Shown: one piece after another, positions 1-12,151 of the stretch
Position numbering within the stretch: position 1 is the first letter of the stretch
How the letters are laid out: each line of letters opens with the position of its first letter
Assembly: GCA_035524815.1 (NCBI GenBank)
Contig: DATKOE010000019.1
Location: forward strand, 2,177 to 66,176
Origin: Rhizomicrobium sp.
GTDB lineage: Bacteria; Pseudomonadota; Alphaproteobacteria; Micropepsales; Micropepsaceae
Direction: 5' to 3'
DNA length: 64,000 nucleotides
Notes under the pieces: model-generated
Database searches by the model: none
Told to the model about the DNA's origin: nothing
What the model saw: the letters and a program-made list of their open reading frames with translations, nothing else
Made by a program: the position numbers and the translations under genes

Positions 1-2
1 CC

Positions 3-2150
3 GGCGACGACCATGATCCGTTCTCCTATCTCGGCATGCACGAGCACCAGGGCGGCCTGACCGTCCGCGCTTTCCGGCCCGGCGCCACCGCCGTAGAGGT
101 GGTCGACCGCGCCAGCGGCGAGACCGTCGCCGGGCTGCCCCGCATCCATGAAGCGGGCATGTTCGCCGGACCGTTGCCCGCAGGCCGGGGACGCTTCGCC
201 TACCGGTTGCGCGTGAAGACGCCCTCGTCCGAGGAGCTGATCGAGGACCCCTATGCCTTCGGGCCGGTTCTGGGTGAGCTCGATCTCTACCTGCACGCCG
301 AAGGCAATTACCTGCGCGGCTTCGAGAAAATGGGTGCCCATCCCTGCGTGCGCGACGGCGTCGAAGGCACGAGCTTTGCCGTCTGGGCGCCGAACGCGAA
401 GCGGGTGAGCGTGGTGGGGGACTTCAACGGCTGGGACGGGCGCGTTCATCCCATGCGGCTGCATCCCGGCGCGGGCATCTGGGACATTTTCCTGCCCGGC
501 GTGGGTCCCGGCACCCGTTACAAGTTCGAGATCAAGGCGCGCAGCGGCGCCATCCTCCTGAAGGCCGACCCGTTCGCCTTCCAGGCCGAGATACCGCCGC
601 GCACTGCCTCGCTCGTCAGCGCCGATGCCCGAAGCGGCGCCGAGCGGGAGGAGACCGGAAAGGGCCCGCATGCCGACCGGCGCTCGCCGGTCGCCATTTA
701 CGAGTGCCACCTGCGCTCGTGGCGGCGCATCCCCGAGGAGGACAACCGCAATCTCACCTACCGCGAGCTGGCCGATACGCTGGTGCCGTACGTGAAGGAC
801 ATGGGCTTCACCCACATCGAGCTCATGCCGATCAGCGAACATCCGTTCGACGGCTCCTGGGGCTACCAGCCGACCGCCCTGTTCGCGGCCACCAGCCGGT
901 ACGGCAGCCCCGAGGACTTCCGCCATTTCGTGCACCGCTGCCACGAGGAAGGCATCGGCGTGATCCTCGACTGGGCCGCCGGGCACTTCCCGGGCGACGC
1001 CCACGGGCTGCACATGTTCGACGGCACGCATCTCTACGAGCATGCCGACCCGCGCGAGGGCTTCCACCCCGACTGGGGCAGCTACATCTACAATTTCGGC
1101 CGCAACGAAGTGCGCGGCCTGCTGTTGTCGAACGCGCTGTTCTGGCTGGCGCGCTTCGGCATCGACGGCCTGCGCGTCGACGCGGTGGCCTCGATGCTCT
1201 ACCGCAACTACAGCCGAAAGGAAGGCGAATGGGTACCCAACATCCACGGCGGGGTCGAGAACCTCGAGGCGATCGATTTCCTGCGCCGGATGAACGAACT
1301 CGTCTACGCCAACAATCCCGAGGCGATCACCGTGGCGGAGGAATCGACCGCCTGGCCGATGGTATCGAAGCCGACCTATCTCGGCGGGCTGGGGTTCGGC
1401 TTCAAATGGAACATGGGCTGGATGCACGACACGCTGCGATACATGTCGAAGGAGCCCATCCACCGCAAATACCACCACAACGACCTGACCTTCGGTCTGC
1501 TCTACGCCTTCACCGAGAACTTCATCCTTCCGCTCAGCCACGACGAGGTGGTGCACGGCAAGGGCTCGCTGATCGCCAAGATGCCGGGCGACTACTGGCA
1601 GAAGTTCGCCAACCTGCGCGCGTACTACACCTTCATGTACACGATGCCGGGCAAGAAGCTCCTGTTCATGGGCGCGGAGCTGGCGCAGTGGAACGAATGG
1701 GATCACGACGCCAGCCTCGACTGGCACCTGCTGGATTACGAGAGCCACCGCGGCATCAAGCAGTGCCTCAAGGACCTGAACTGGCTCTACCGCAACCGTG
1801 GCGCACTGCATCAGCGCGATTGCGAGCCCGAAGGCTTCTCCTGGATCGACTGCAACGACGGCGATTCCGGCGTGCTCAGCTACATCCGGCGCGGCGCTGA
1901 CCCCAACGACTTCGTGGTGGTGGTGTGCAACTTCACGCCTGTGGTGCGCGAGAACTACCGCATCGGCGTGCCGCAATCGGGCCGCTACTACGAGGCGTTC
2001 AATTCCGATTCGACGTTCTATGGCGGCAGCAACGTCGGCAACGGCAGCGGCCTTGCCACCACGGGCACGCCGCTGCACGGCCAACCGGATTCGCTCTGCG
2101 TGAAGCTTCCGCCGCTGGGCGCGTTCGTGCTGGTGCCGGAGGGGCGCTGA
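3..2150 (+). CDS. glgB: 1,4-alpha-glucan branching enzyme (5'-truncated by window edge)
   Basis: GH13 motifs [59 protein letters not shown]. The frame is open upstream of the ATG at 36 ([13 protein letters not shown], a typical GlgB N-terminus), so the true start is probably before base 1. Confidence 0.97.
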   Translation, partial: GDDHDPFSYLGMHEHQGGLTVRAFRPGATAVEVVDRASGETVAGLPRIHEAGMFAGPLPAGRGRFAYRLRVKTPSSEELIEDPYAFGPVLGELDLYLHAEGNYLRGFEKMGAHPCVRDGVEGTSFAVWAPNAKRVSVVGDFNGWDGRVHPMRLHPGAGIWDIFLPGVGPGTRYKFEIKARSGAILLKADPFAFQAEIPPRTASLVSADARSGAEREETGKGPHADRRSPVAIYECHLRSWRRIPEEDNRNLTYRELADTLVPYVKDMGFTHIELMPISEHPFDGSWGYQPTALFAATSRYGSPEDFRHFVHRCHEEGIGVILDWAAGHFPGDAHGLHMFDGTHLYEHADPREGFHPDWGSYIYNFGRNEVRGLLLSNALFWLARFGIDGLRVDAVASMLYRNYSRKEGEWVPNIHGGVENLEAIDFLRRMNELVYANNPEAITVAEESTAWPMVSKPTYLGGLGFGFKWNMGWMHDTLRYMSKEPIHRKYHHNDLTFGLLYAFTENFILPLSHDEVVHGKGSLIAKMPGDYWQKFANLRAYYTFMYTMPGKKLLFMGAELAQWNEWDHDASLDWHLLDYESHRGIKQCLKDLNWLYRNRGALHQRDCEPEGFSWIDCNDGDSGVLSYIRRGADPNDFVVVVCNFTPVVRENYRIGVPQSGRYYEAFNSDSTFYGGSNVGNGSGLATTGTPLHGQPDSLCVKLPPLGAFVLVPEGR

Positions 2151-2152
2151 CG

Positions 2153-4264
2153 GTGACCACGGGGCCGCGGCTCAGGCAGGGAACGCCGTTTCCGCTCGGC
2201 GCCACCTTCGACGGGTCGGGCGTGAACTTCGCCTTGTTTTCCGTCAATGCGGAGGGCGTCGAGCTTTGCCTGTTCGACGAACGCGAGCGCGAGCGGGCGC
2301 GGGTAGCGCTGTCCGAACGTTCCGACGACGTCTGGTTCGGATACCTGCCGGGCGCCAAGCCGGGGCAATTCTACGGCTATCGCGTGCGCGGGCCGTACGA
2401 TCCGGCGAACGGGCACCGCTTCAATCCGAACAAGCTCCTGATCGACCCCTACGCCAAGGCCCTGACGCGGCCGGTGCAGTGGGATCCTCTGATGTGCGCC
2501 TACGACCCCGCCGACGGACGCGGCGATCTTTCGTTTGACCAGCGCGACGACGCCGCGGTGGTGCCCAAATGCCAGGTGGTCGACCTCGCCTACGACTGGA
2601 GCGATGACCGGCTGCTGCGCACCCCGCGCTCGCACAGCATCGTCTACGAGCTGCATCTGCGCGGCTTCACCATGCGCCATCCGGCGGTGGAATCTTCGGT
2701 CCGCGGCACCTGCGCCGGGCTCGCCGCCAGGCCGGTCATCGAGTATCTGGGCGAATTGGGCATTACCGCGGTCGAACTGCTGCCCGTCCATCCCTTCACG
2801 ACCACGTCGATGCAGGTCAAGAGCCGCGTGCGCGAGTATTGGGGATACAACTCCGTCAATTTCTTCGCAGTCGAACCGCGTTATCTGGCGCGCGAGGACC
2901 TGAACGAATTCCGCGAGATGGTGCGCGCCTTCCACGAAGCGGGGATCGAGGTGATCCTCGACGTGGTGTTCAACCACACCGGCGAGGGCGACGCGATGGG
3001 GCCGACGCTGTCGTTCCGCGGCATCGACAACGCCTCGTATTACTGCCTCGACACCAACAAGCGGCGCTATCGCGACGTGACCGGCTGCGGCAACACGCTG
3101 AATCTCGCCCATCCTCGCGTGATGCAGATGGTGATGGATTCGCTGCGCTACTGGGTCGAGGAGATGCACGTCGACGGCTTCCGCTTCGACCTCGCGGTGA
3201 GTCTGGCGCGCGTCAACGGCGAGTTCGATCCGGCCGCGCCGCTGTTCTCCTGCATCCTGCAGGACCCGGTGCTGGCGAAGACCAAGATGATCGCCGAGCC
3301 GTGGGATCTGGGCCCCGGGGGCTACCGCCTCGGCGGCTTTCCGCCGCGCTGGAGCGAATGGAACGACCGCTTCCGCAACGACGTGCGCCGTTTCTGGCGC
3401 GGCGACGCGCGGGTGGGCGATCTGGCGCTCAGGCTCGCCGGATCGAGCGACGTCTTCAGCCACGCCAGGCGCCGGCCGACCGCGAGCGTCAATTTCGTGA
3501 CTGCGCACGACGGATTCACGCTGGAAGACCTCGTCAGCTACAACTTCAAGCACAACGAGGCCAACCACGAAAAGAACCGCGACGGCTCCGACGAGAATTT
3601 CAGCTGGAACAGCGGCGCCGAGGGGCCGACTTCCAAGCTCGAAATCCTCGAAATCCGCGAACGGCAGAAGCGCAACTTCCTGGCGACGCTGCTGCTGTCG
3701 CAAGGCGTCCCCATGCTTCTGGCCGGCGACGAGTTCGGCCGCACGCAGAACGGCAACAACAACGCCTATTGCCAGGACAACGAACTCGGCTGGGTCGACT
3801 GGGGCAAGCTGAACAAGGAGCGCGATCTGCTCGCCTATGTGCGCCGGCTGATCAAGATCCGCCGCGAGCACCCGGTGTTCCGCCGCTCGTCCTTCTTCCT
3901 CGGCGACCTCGCCGACGAAAGCGAGGTCAAGGACATCATCTGGCTGTCGCCGGAAGGGCGCGAGATGACGGAGGCCGACTGGAACCGGCCGCACAACCGC
4001 TGCCTCGGCGTGCGCTATGCCGCCACCGCCGAGATGGATACCGATACCTACACCCGCAAGCTCGACCCCCATTCGTTCCTGCTGCTGATGAACGCAGGCG
4101 AGGAGCCCGTCGACTTCATCCTGCCGAAAATCCCCACCGACCGGCGCTGGCACTGGATAATCGACTCGACCGCCGCCGACGGCGAACCCTCGGGCCGCTT
4201 CGAGGCGCAGACCAGCTTCCACATGAAGGCGCATTCGCTGGCGCTGTTCGAAGGGGACATCTGA
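2153..4264 (+). CDS. glgX: glycogen debranching enzyme
   Basis: PFPLGATFDGSGVNFALFS, NPNKLLIDPYAK, YWGYNS, DVVFNHTGE, DGFRFDLA, IAEPWD, FVTAHDGF. GTG start at 2153 directly after the glgB stop; the ORF-track start at 1925 overlaps glgB. Confidence 0.96.
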   Translation: MTTGPRLRQGTPFPLGATFDGSGVNFALFSVNAEGVELCLFDERERERARVALSERSDDVWFGYLPGAKPGQFYGYRVRGPYDPANGHRFNPNKLLIDPYAKALTRPVQWDPLMCAYDPADGRGDLSFDQRDDAAVVPKCQVVDLAYDWSDDRLLRTPRSHSIVYELHLRGFTMRHPAVESSVRGTCAGLAARPVIEYLGELGITAVELLPVHPFTTTSMQVKSRVREYWGYNSVNFFAVEPRYLAREDLNEFREMVRAFHEAGIEVILDVVFNHTGEGDAMGPTLSFRGIDNASYYCLDTNKRRYRDVTGCGNTLNLAHPRVMQMVMDSLRYWVEEMHVDGFRFDLAVSLARVNGEFDPAAPLFSCILQDPVLAKTKMIAEPWDLGPGGYRLGGFPPRWSEWNDRFRNDVRRFWRGDARVGDLALRLAGSSDVFSHARRRPTASVNFVTAHDGFTLEDLVSYNFKHNEANHEKNRDGSDENFSWNSGAEGPTSKLEILEIRERQKRNFLATLLLSQGVPMLLAGDEFGRTQNGNNNAYCQDNELGWVDWGKLNKERDLLAYVRRLIKIRREHPVFRRSSFFLGDLADESEVKDIIWLSPEGREMTEADWNRPHNRCLGVRYAATAEMDTDTYTRKLDPHSFLLLMNAGEEPVDFILPKIPTDRRWHWIIDSTAADGEPSGRFEAQTSFHMKAHSLALFEGDI

Positions 4265-4269
4265 CGCCG

Positions 4270-6435
4270 ATGGATGCGGACAACATCCTCTTCAAGCTCG
4301 GCGACGCGGCCGGCATCGAGCCGTTCTACTGGGACATGCACGGCACCCGGCACGAAACCACGCCCGAAACGATGCGCGGTCTGCTCAAGGCCTTCGGCAT
4401 CGCGGCCGAGGACGACGGACAGGTCTGGTCCAGCCTGGCGCGCCTCGGCGAAGAGGTCTGGCGCTCGCCGCTTCCGCCCGTGGTGGTGGCGTGCGGAGGC
4501 GAAACCGCCTCGATTCCGGTGCGCCTGCCGACGCACGGCAGCGACCGCGCGGTGCGCTGGTCGCTCAAGCTCGAACAGGGCGGCGAACGCGCAGGCGAAT
4601 TCAGGCTGTCGGAACTGGCGGTGGAGGAAACCGGCCATATCGGCGAGATGCAGATCGCGCTTCGCCATCTCAAGCTCGACGCGCTGCCGCTCGGCTACCA
4701 CGACTTCGTGCTCGAAAACGAAGCCGGAACCGGAACCAGGCTGATCGTCGCGCCGCCGCGCGCCTACCTGCCGCCGGCGCTGGAGAACCGCCGCGCGTGG
4801 GGCATCATGCTCCAGCTCTATTCGCTCAAATCCCGCGGCGACTGGGGCGTCGGCGATTTCGGCGATTTGAAGATCCTGATCGACGCGATCGCGGGCACCG
4901 GCGCGGACGCCATCGGCCTCAACCCGATGCACACGCTGTTCCTGGACCAGCCCGAAGACGCCAGCCCCTATTCGCCGTGCAGCAGGCTGTTCCGCAATCC
5001 GCTTTACCTCGACATCACGGCGATCCCCGATTTTGCCGAATGCGACGCGGTGCGCGCTCTCCTTCACGACGGCCAGTTCGCGCACGCGGTGGAGCAGGTC
5101 CGCGACGCGGAGCTGGTCCAGTACCGCGCCGTGGCGCGCTTCAAGCTGCCGGCGCTGGAGAGGTTGCACGAGAGCTTCGTCGCCAACCACTTGGCGCACG
5201 ACGACGACCGCGCCCGGGCGTTCCGGCGCTACGTGAGCGAGGGCGGGCGCGATCTCGAAGGACTGGCGACGTTCCAGGCTCTGGCCGAGCATTGCGAAAC
5301 GCACGATTGGTCGCGCTGGCCCGCGCGCCACAGGGACCCGGATTCGAAGGCTACGGCGCAGTTCCGCAAGCGCTTTGCGGACCGCATCGGCTTTCATCAG
5401 TATCTGCAATGGCAGTGCGAAGAGCAGTTCCGTTCGGCATCGGAGCTGGCCAAATCCCGCGGCATGGCCGTCGGCCTCTACAACGATCTCGCCGTGAGCG
5501 TGGATTCATCGAGCGCCGATCACTGGGCCCACCAGAAGCTGTTTGCCGGCGGCGCACGCGTGGGTGCTCCGCCCGATCCGTTCAACGAGAAGGGACAGGA
5601 TTGGGGTGTAGTGCCGCTCAACCCGCTGCGGCTGCGCGGTACGGCCTACGCTCACTTCCGCTCGCTCCTGCGCGCGAACATGCGGCACGCCGGCGCGCTT
5701 CGCATCGATCATGTCATGGGATGGCAGCGGCTGTTCCTGATTCCGCCGGGGGGAACACCCGCCGCCGGTGCCTATGTGCGCTATCCCGTGGGCGACATGG
5801 TCGCGGTGGCCTGCCTCGAAAGCACGCGCCATCGCTGTCTCGTCGTCGGCGAGGATCTCGGCACCGTGCCCGCGGGATTCCGCGAGCGCATGACGGGCGC
5901 CGGTGTCCTTTCCAGCCGCGTGCTCTATTTCGAGCGCCGCAACGAAGCGTTCAAGCCGCCGCGCGAGTATCCGAGCCTCGCCGCAGTATCGGTGTCGACG
6001 CATGACCTCGCCACCCTGCACGGATTCTGGGAGGGTCGCGACATCGCCGCCAAAGCGCATCTGGGTCTCTTCCAGTCGGCCGCGGAGGAAGAGCAGATCC
6101 GCGCCGGCCGCGTGACGGACAAGCGGCAGCTTCTCGCCGCGCTCGCCGAACAAGGCCTTCTGCCCGATGGTCTTTCGCCCCAGGATGCCGACCATCTCGC
6201 CTTCACCCCGCAACTTGCCGCCGCGGTGCACGCCTATCTCGCCCGGTCCTCGAGCATGCTGTTCATGGTCCAGATGGACGATTTGACCGGACAGGCGCAA
6301 CAAGCCAATCTGCCCGGCAGCGTCACCGAATATCCGAATTGGCGCCGGCGGCTCGTCCGCCCGCTGGAGGAGGCGATGGCAGATCCCGCGATGCGCGATG
6401 CGATGGGGGCCATCGCGGCGGACCGGGCGAAATGA
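4270..6435 (+). CDS. malQ: 4-alpha-glucanotransferase (amylomaltase, GH77)
   Basis: WGIMLQLYSL, WGVGDFGDL, SPYSPCSR, YNDLAV, GAPPDPFN, LRIDHVMG, GEDLG, THD, NLPG..YPNWR. ATG 5 nt after the glgX stop. Confidence 0.96.
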   Translation: MDADNILFKLGDAAGIEPFYWDMHGTRHETTPETMRGLLKAFGIAAEDDGQVWSSLARLGEEVWRSPLPPVVVACGGETASIPVRLPTHGSDRAVRWSLKLEQGGERAGEFRLSELAVEETGHIGEMQIALRHLKLDALPLGYHDFVLENEAGTGTRLIVAPPRAYLPPALENRRAWGIMLQLYSLKSRGDWGVGDFGDLKILIDAIAGTGADAIGLNPMHTLFLDQPEDASPYSPCSRLFRNPLYLDITAIPDFAECDAVRALLHDGQFAHAVEQVRDAELVQYRAVARFKLPALERLHESFVANHLAHDDDRARAFRRYVSEGGRDLEGLATFQALAEHCETHDWSRWPARHRDPDSKATAQFRKRFADRIGFHQYLQWQCEEQFRSASELAKSRGMAVGLYNDLAVSVDSSSADHWAHQKLFAGGARVGAPPDPFNEKGQDWGVVPLNPLRLRGTAYAHFRSLLRANMRHAGALRIDHVMGWQRLFLIPPGGTPAAGAYVRYPVGDMVAVACLESTRHRCLVVGEDLGTVPAGFRERMTGAGVLSSRVLYFERRNEAFKPPREYPSLAAVSVSTHDLATLHGFWEGRDIAAKAHLGLFQSAAEEEQIRAGRVTDKRQLLAALAEQGLLPDGLSPQDADHLAFTPQLAAAVHAYLARSSSMLFMVQMDDLTGQAQQANLPGSVTEYPNWRRRLVRPLEEAMADPAMRDAMGAIAADRAK

Positions 6436-6565
6436 CGCAGCCTTGATACTGCTTTTGCGGCGTCGCGCTTTTTCCATCCGGTCCGGCGACAACCTCGTTG
6501 CGGGGGCCGCGACTTTTTGACTATGTTCCTTCGGCTGCCTGCGCTTCGCTGCACGGGTTCTGAAC

Positions 6566-7678
6566 ATGACCACCGCTTCCGCGACCATCGACAAGAACGG
6601 GCTCGACGCCCTCATCAAGGCGCTGGCCGGACGCGGGTTCCGCGTGGTCGGCCCCACGCTGCGCGATTCCGCCATCGTCTACGACGACATCGGCTCAGCC
6701 AAGGACCTGCCCGAGGGCTGGACGGACGAGCAGGACGGCGGCACCTACCGGCTCGTGCGCCGCAATGACGAGGCGCTGTTCGGCTACGCGGTGGGCCCGC
6801 ATTCGTGGAAGAAGTTCCTGCATCCGCCGATCCAGAGTCTGTGGAAGGCCGCGCGCAGCGGCAAGCTCACGGTGCACGTGGAAGGGGCGCCGTCGGTGCC
6901 CGAGAAATTCGCGTTGTTCGGCGTACGCGCCTGCGAGCTGCACGCCATCGCCATCCAGGACAAGGTGTTCCTTCACGGGCCGCACGGCGACCCGCATTAC
7001 CGCGCGCGCCGGGAGAATGCCTTCATCGTCGCCGTCAACTGTTCGAAGGCCGGCGGCACCTGTTTCTGCGTGTCGATGAATACCGGCCCGCGCGTGGGCA
7101 GCGGTTTCGACATCGCAATCACCGAACTGGCCGACCGCGGCAGGTTCGTGGTCGAGGCGGGAACCGAGCGCGGCCGCGAAGTGCTGGCGGAACTGCCGCA
7201 GCAGCAGGCATCCAACGAGGATGCCGCCGCCGCCGGCAAGGTGATCGAAAAGACGGCCGCCTCGATGGGCCGCCATATGAAGTCGGACGACGTGCACCGG
7301 CTTTTGCTCGCCAATCTGGAGCATCCGCGCTGGGACGACGTCGCCGAGCGGTGCCTGGCCTGCGCCAACTGCACGATGGTCTGCCCCACCTGCTTCTGCA
7401 CCACGGTCGACGAATCGACCGACCTCACGGGAACGGAAAGCTCGCGCACCAGGCGGTGGGATTCCTGCTTCACCATCGAGTTTTCGTATCTGCACGGCGG
7501 AACGGTGCGTCCAACCACGCGCTCGCGCTACCGTCAGTGGATGACGCATAAGCTCGCAACCTGGCACGATCAGTTCGGCACGTCCGGCTGCGTGGGATGC
7601 GGACGATGCATCACATGGTGTCCGGTCGGAATCGACATTACCCAAGAGGTCGCCGCGATCCGCGGCGAACCGACGTAG
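6566..7678 (+). CDS. hydB: group 3b [NiFe]-hydrogenase (sulfhydrogenase) beta subunit, 4Fe-4S dicluster
   Basis: [54 protein letters not shown]; first gene of the hydrogenase operon. Confidence 0.92.
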   Translation: MTTASATIDKNGLDALIKALAGRGFRVVGPTLRDSAIVYDDIGSAKDLPEGWTDEQDGGTYRLVRRNDEALFGYAVGPHSWKKFLHPPIQSLWKAARSGKLTVHVEGAPSVPEKFALFGVRACELHAIAIQDKVFLHGPHGDPHYRARRENAFIVAVNCSKAGGTCFCVSMNTGPRVGSGFDIAITELADRGRFVVEAGTERGREVLAELPQQQASNEDAAAAGKVIEKTAASMGRHMKSDDVHRLLLANLEHPRWDDVAERCLACANCTMVCPTCFCTTVDESTDLTGTESSRTRRWDSCFTIEFSYLHGGTVRPTTRSRYRQWMTHKLATWHDQFGTSGCVGCGRCITWCPVGIDITQEVAAIRGEPT

Positions 7679-7690
7679 GAGACGACGGTC

Positions 7691-8149
7691 ATGGAAGGGC
7701 TCGAACGAATCGTTCGCGAGCACCCGTTCTTTTCAGGGATGAAGGAGGAGCAGACGGCCATCTTGGCGGGGTGCGCCAAGAATGTGCGCTTCGAGGCCGG
7801 CCAGTACCTGTTCCACGAAGGCGAGCCCGCCGATCAGCTTTATCTTCTGCGAAGCGGCCGGGTGGCGTTGCAGATCAGCTCGCCCGAGCGGGCCGTCACC
7901 ATCCAGACGGTCGGCGAAAGCGAGATCGTGGGGGCCTCCTGGCTGGTGGCGCCCTATCGCTGGGGGCTCGATGCCAAGGCGCTGGAACTCACCCGCGCGA
8001 TTTCGCTGGATGCGGCCTGCCTGCGCGGCAAGTGCGAAGACGACCACGGTCTCGGCTACGAGCTGATGAAGCGGTTCATGCCCATCCTGCATCAGCGCCT
8101 GCAGGCCGCAAGATTGCAGATCCTCGATGTCTACGACATTCGCAAGTGA
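7691..8149 (+). CDS. stand-alone cyclic nucleotide-binding (Crp-like) domain protein, no HTH
   Basis: cNMP fold pattern HPFF..., [30 protein letters not shown]; 152 aa, no C-terminal HTH; GGAG RBS upstream. Confidence 0.88.
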   Translation: MEGLERIVREHPFFSGMKEEQTAILAGCAKNVRFEAGQYLFHEGEPADQLYLLRSGRVALQISSPERAVTIQTVGESEIVGASWLVAPYRWGLDAKALELTRAISLDAACLRGKCEDDHGLGYELMKRFMPILHQRLQAARLQILDVYDIRK

Positions 8150-8156
8150 AGCATTG

Positions 8157-8984
8157 ATGGACGATCCCATGGTCCCGCGCGTGGCGCGGGTCCGCCGGCG
8201 CACGCGCGAGATCGCCGACGTTTCGACCCTGACGCTGGAGATGGAGGACGGCCGCCCGTTCCGCTACGAGCCGGGCCAGTTCAACATGATGACGGCCTTC
8301 GACGTCGGCGAAGTGGCGATCAGCATCAGCGGCGATCCCGACCGGGCCGAAGACGGTCTCGTGCACACCATCCGCGAGGTGGGTATCGTCTCGGGCGCGG
8401 TGGCGCGGCTCACCACCGGCGAGGCGGTCGGGATTCGCGGCCCCTACGGCCGCGGCTGGCCGGTCGACGTCGCGCGCGGCAGCGACGTCGTGATCATGGC
8501 GGGCGGCCTGGGCCTAGCGCCGCTGCGGCCGCTGATCTATGCGGTGCTCAACGCGCGCAAGGACTTCGGCAAGGTCGTCCTGTTGTACGGCGCCCGCAAT
8601 CCCGCCGAAATCCTCTACCGCGCCGAACTCGAGCAATGGCGCCGGCGGCTCGATGTCGACATACAAGTGACGGTCGATACCGCCCGTGACGACTGGTACG
8701 GCAGCGTCGGCGTGGTCACGACTCTCGTCCCGCGCGCCACCTTCGATGCGCGCAACACGATCGCCTATGTCTGCGGGCCCGAAATCATGATGCGGTTCGC
8801 CGCCGCCGCGCTGCGCGACAAGGGCATACAAGACGAATCCATGTACCTGTCGATGGAACGCAACATGAAATGCGGCATCGGGCTGTGCGGCCATTGCCAG
8901 ATGGGACCCGTGTTCGTCTGCCGCGACGGGCCGGTGTTCCGCAACGACCACTTGCGTCCGCTGATGAGCGTGAAGGAGCTCTAG
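8157..8984 (+). CDS. hydG: group 3b hydrogenase gamma subunit (FAD/NAD(P)-binding, 2Fe-2S)
   Basis: [43 protein letters not shown]...CRDGPV. Alternative start at 8127. Confidence 0.92.
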   Translation: MDDPMVPRVARVRRRTREIADVSTLTLEMEDGRPFRYEPGQFNMMTAFDVGEVAISISGDPDRAEDGLVHTIREVGIVSGAVARLTTGEAVGIRGPYGRGWPVDVARGSDVVIMAGGLGLAPLRPLIYAVLNARKDFGKVVLLYGARNPAEILYRAELEQWRRRLDVDIQVTVDTARDDWYGSVGVVTTLVPRATFDARNTIAYVCGPEIMMRFAAAALRDKGIQDESMYLSMERNMKCGIGLCGHCQMGPVFVCRDGPVFRNDHLRPLMSVKEL

Positions 8985-9747
8985 ATGGGCAAGAAACCGC
9001 GCCTTGCCGTGTGGAAGTTCGCTTCGTGCGACGGCTGCCAGCTTTCGCTGCTCGATTGCGAGGACGAGCTGCTTGCCGTGGCGGGCGCGGTCGACATCGC
9101 CTATTTCCCCGAAGCCACCCGCGGCGAGATCAAGGGCAAGTACGACGTCTCGCTGGTGGAAGGCTCGATCACCACCGCGCACGACGCCGAACGCATCCTC
9201 GACGTGCGCACGCGCTCGCGCGTCCTCATCACCATCGGCGCCTGCGCTACCGCGGGCGGCATCCAGGCGCTGCGCAATTTCGCCGACGTGAAGGAGTTCG
9301 CCTCGGTCGTCTACGCCCACCCCGAATACATCCACACGCTCGAGACTTCGACGCCGATTGCGGCGCACGTGAAGGTGGAATACGAGCTCAGGGGCTGCCC
9401 CATCGACAAGCGTCAGCTCGTCGAAGTGATCTCGGCCTTCATCGCCGGGCGCAGGCCGGTCACGCCCGCCCATTCGACCTGCATCGAGTGCAAGCTGAAG
9501 GGCAACGTCTGCGTGATGGTGGCTCACGGCAAGCCGTGCCTGGGGCCGGTGACGCATGCGGGCTGCGGCGCGCTGTGCCCGTCCTACGACCGCGGCTGCT
9601 ACGGCTGCTTCGGGCCGCAGGAGACGCCGAATACGGTGTCGCTGAGCCGGCAGATGGCAGCGCTCGGCATGAGCGAGGAGAATCTCAAGCGGATCTATTC
9701 CACGTTCAATGCCTACAGCGAGGATTTCCGCAAGGAGCGCGAGCGTC

Positions 9748-9758
<11 letters not shown>
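8985..9758 (+). CDS. hydD: group 3b hydrogenase delta (small) subunit
   Basis: [22 protein letters not shown]...[26 protein letters not shown]; no Tat signal. Confidence 0.93.
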
Positions 9759-11036
<1,278 letters not shown>

Positions 11037-11037
<1 letters not shown>

Positions 11038-11495
11038 TGTCCCGCCCGCTCGTCATCGGCATCGGCAACATCGAGCGCGGCGACGACGGGGTGGGGCGCC
11101 AGGTGGCGCGCTTGCTCAAACACATGCTGGGCGAGAAGGCTGAAATTCTCGAGCAGGACGGCGAGGCGGGCGCGATCCTGGCGCACATCGAAAAGGCGCA
11201 GACCGCCTACCTGGTGGATGCCTGCATGTCGAGCGCGCCGCCCGGAACCGTTCATCGCATCGACGCGGCCGAAGGCGAACTGCCGCTTTCGAGCAGCGAT
11301 CTGTCGACTCACGGATTCGGCCTGGCCTCGGCCATCGAGCTGGCGCGTTCGCTGGGGCAGCTTCCGGCCAAGACGATCGTGTTCGCCATCGAGGCGGACT
11401 CCTTCGAGCCAGGTGCGCCGCTCTCGAAGGACGTTTCCGACGCCGCCGTCATCGTTGCCGACCGAATACGCAGCGAACTCGAAGGAACCGGCTGA
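11037..11495 (+). CDS. hydrogenase maturation protease
   Basis: IGIGNIERGDDGVG, VDA and STHGFG motifs; start overlaps the hydA stop. Confidence 0.93.
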
Positions 11496-11758
11496 TGCAC
11501 GAAGCCTCGCTGATGAAGAACCTGATGAAGCAGATTCTCGAGCTTGCCGAGGGGGAAGAGGCCAAGGCCGTCACGGCGATTCAGGTATGGCTGGGGGCGC
11601 TGAGCCACATGTCGCCGGCTCATTTCACCGAACATTTCGAGGAGGCTTCGGCGGGCACCATCGCCGAGGGCGCACAACTCGACATCGTCGCATCGAACGA
11701 CGCGAACGACCCCAACGCCCAGGAAATCATCCTTCAGTCGATCTCGGTCGACGCCTGA
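11495..11758 (+). CDS. hypA: short HypA-like nickel metallochaperone lacking the Zn finger
   Basis: N-terminal MHE Ni-binding motif, LGALS and GTIAEGAQLDI as in HypA; 87 aa with no Cys. Confidence 0.82.
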   Translation: MHEASLMKNLMKQILELAEGEEAKAVTAIQVWLGALSHMSPAHFTEHFEEASAGTIAEGAQLDIVASNDANDPNAQEIILQSISVDA

Positions 11759-11768
11759 TTCGCGACAC

Positions 11769-12032
11769 TCAGCTTTGGCGGTGCGCCGGTTTCGACGCGC
11801 TCTTCGTCGTGCGCTTGGACTTCGCAGCCACGACCGACTTGGCGGCGCCGTTTGCCTTGGCAGCCGGTGCCTTTTTCGCGGGCGGTCTGCCCAGAACTTC
11901 CGCTTCGGCGCGCAGCCAGTGCTCGCGCTCGCGGCCGTGCGGACGGCCTTCGCTTTCCCAGATCAGGTAGGCGCGCACTTCGATTTCCCGCCGGACGTTC
12001 TCGGACAGCTGTTTTGCGGGTTTTTCTTTCAT
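11769..12032 (-). CDS. DUF2934 domain protein with Lys/Ala-rich tail
   Basis: EIEVRAYLIWESEGRPHGREREHWLRAEAE matches the DUF2934 pattern; GGAGGT RBS upstream of the ATG at 12032. Confidence 0.88.
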   Translation of the reverse strand: MKEKPAKQLSENVRREIEVRAYLIWESEGRPHGREREHWLRAEAEVLGRPPAKKAPAAKANGAAKSVVAAKSKRTTKSASKPAHRQS

Positions 12033-12094
12033 CTGCACCTCCAACGAATCCGTTTTAGAGGTTCGCGTGCGGAAGCGAAACAGAAATTTATGTG

Positions 12095-12130
12095 AAACAA
12101 AACGCCGGCCCGTCCTTCGACGAGCCGGCG
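12095..12130 (-). terminator. intrinsic terminator of the PFOR-Nfn operon
   Basis: Minus strand CGCCGGCTCGTC-GAAG-GACGGGCCGGCG followed by TTTTGTTT, about 20 nt after the stop at 12152. Confidence 0.75.
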
Positions 12131-12151
12131 CAATTTCATTCCTGTGGATTT

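Noticed and set aside
2839-4269. Apparent N-terminal extension making MalQ 1198 aa
   Set aside because: An out-of-frame overlap with glgX with Arg/Pro-rich non-protein-like composition; the real start is 4270. The same artefact affects ppc (29180), the M16 peptidase (20298), GT2 (37199) and the ATP-grasp gene (39088).
6436-6565. FNR box upstream of the hydrogenase operon
   Set aside because: Only half-sites (TTGAT, TTGAC) with no matching second half.
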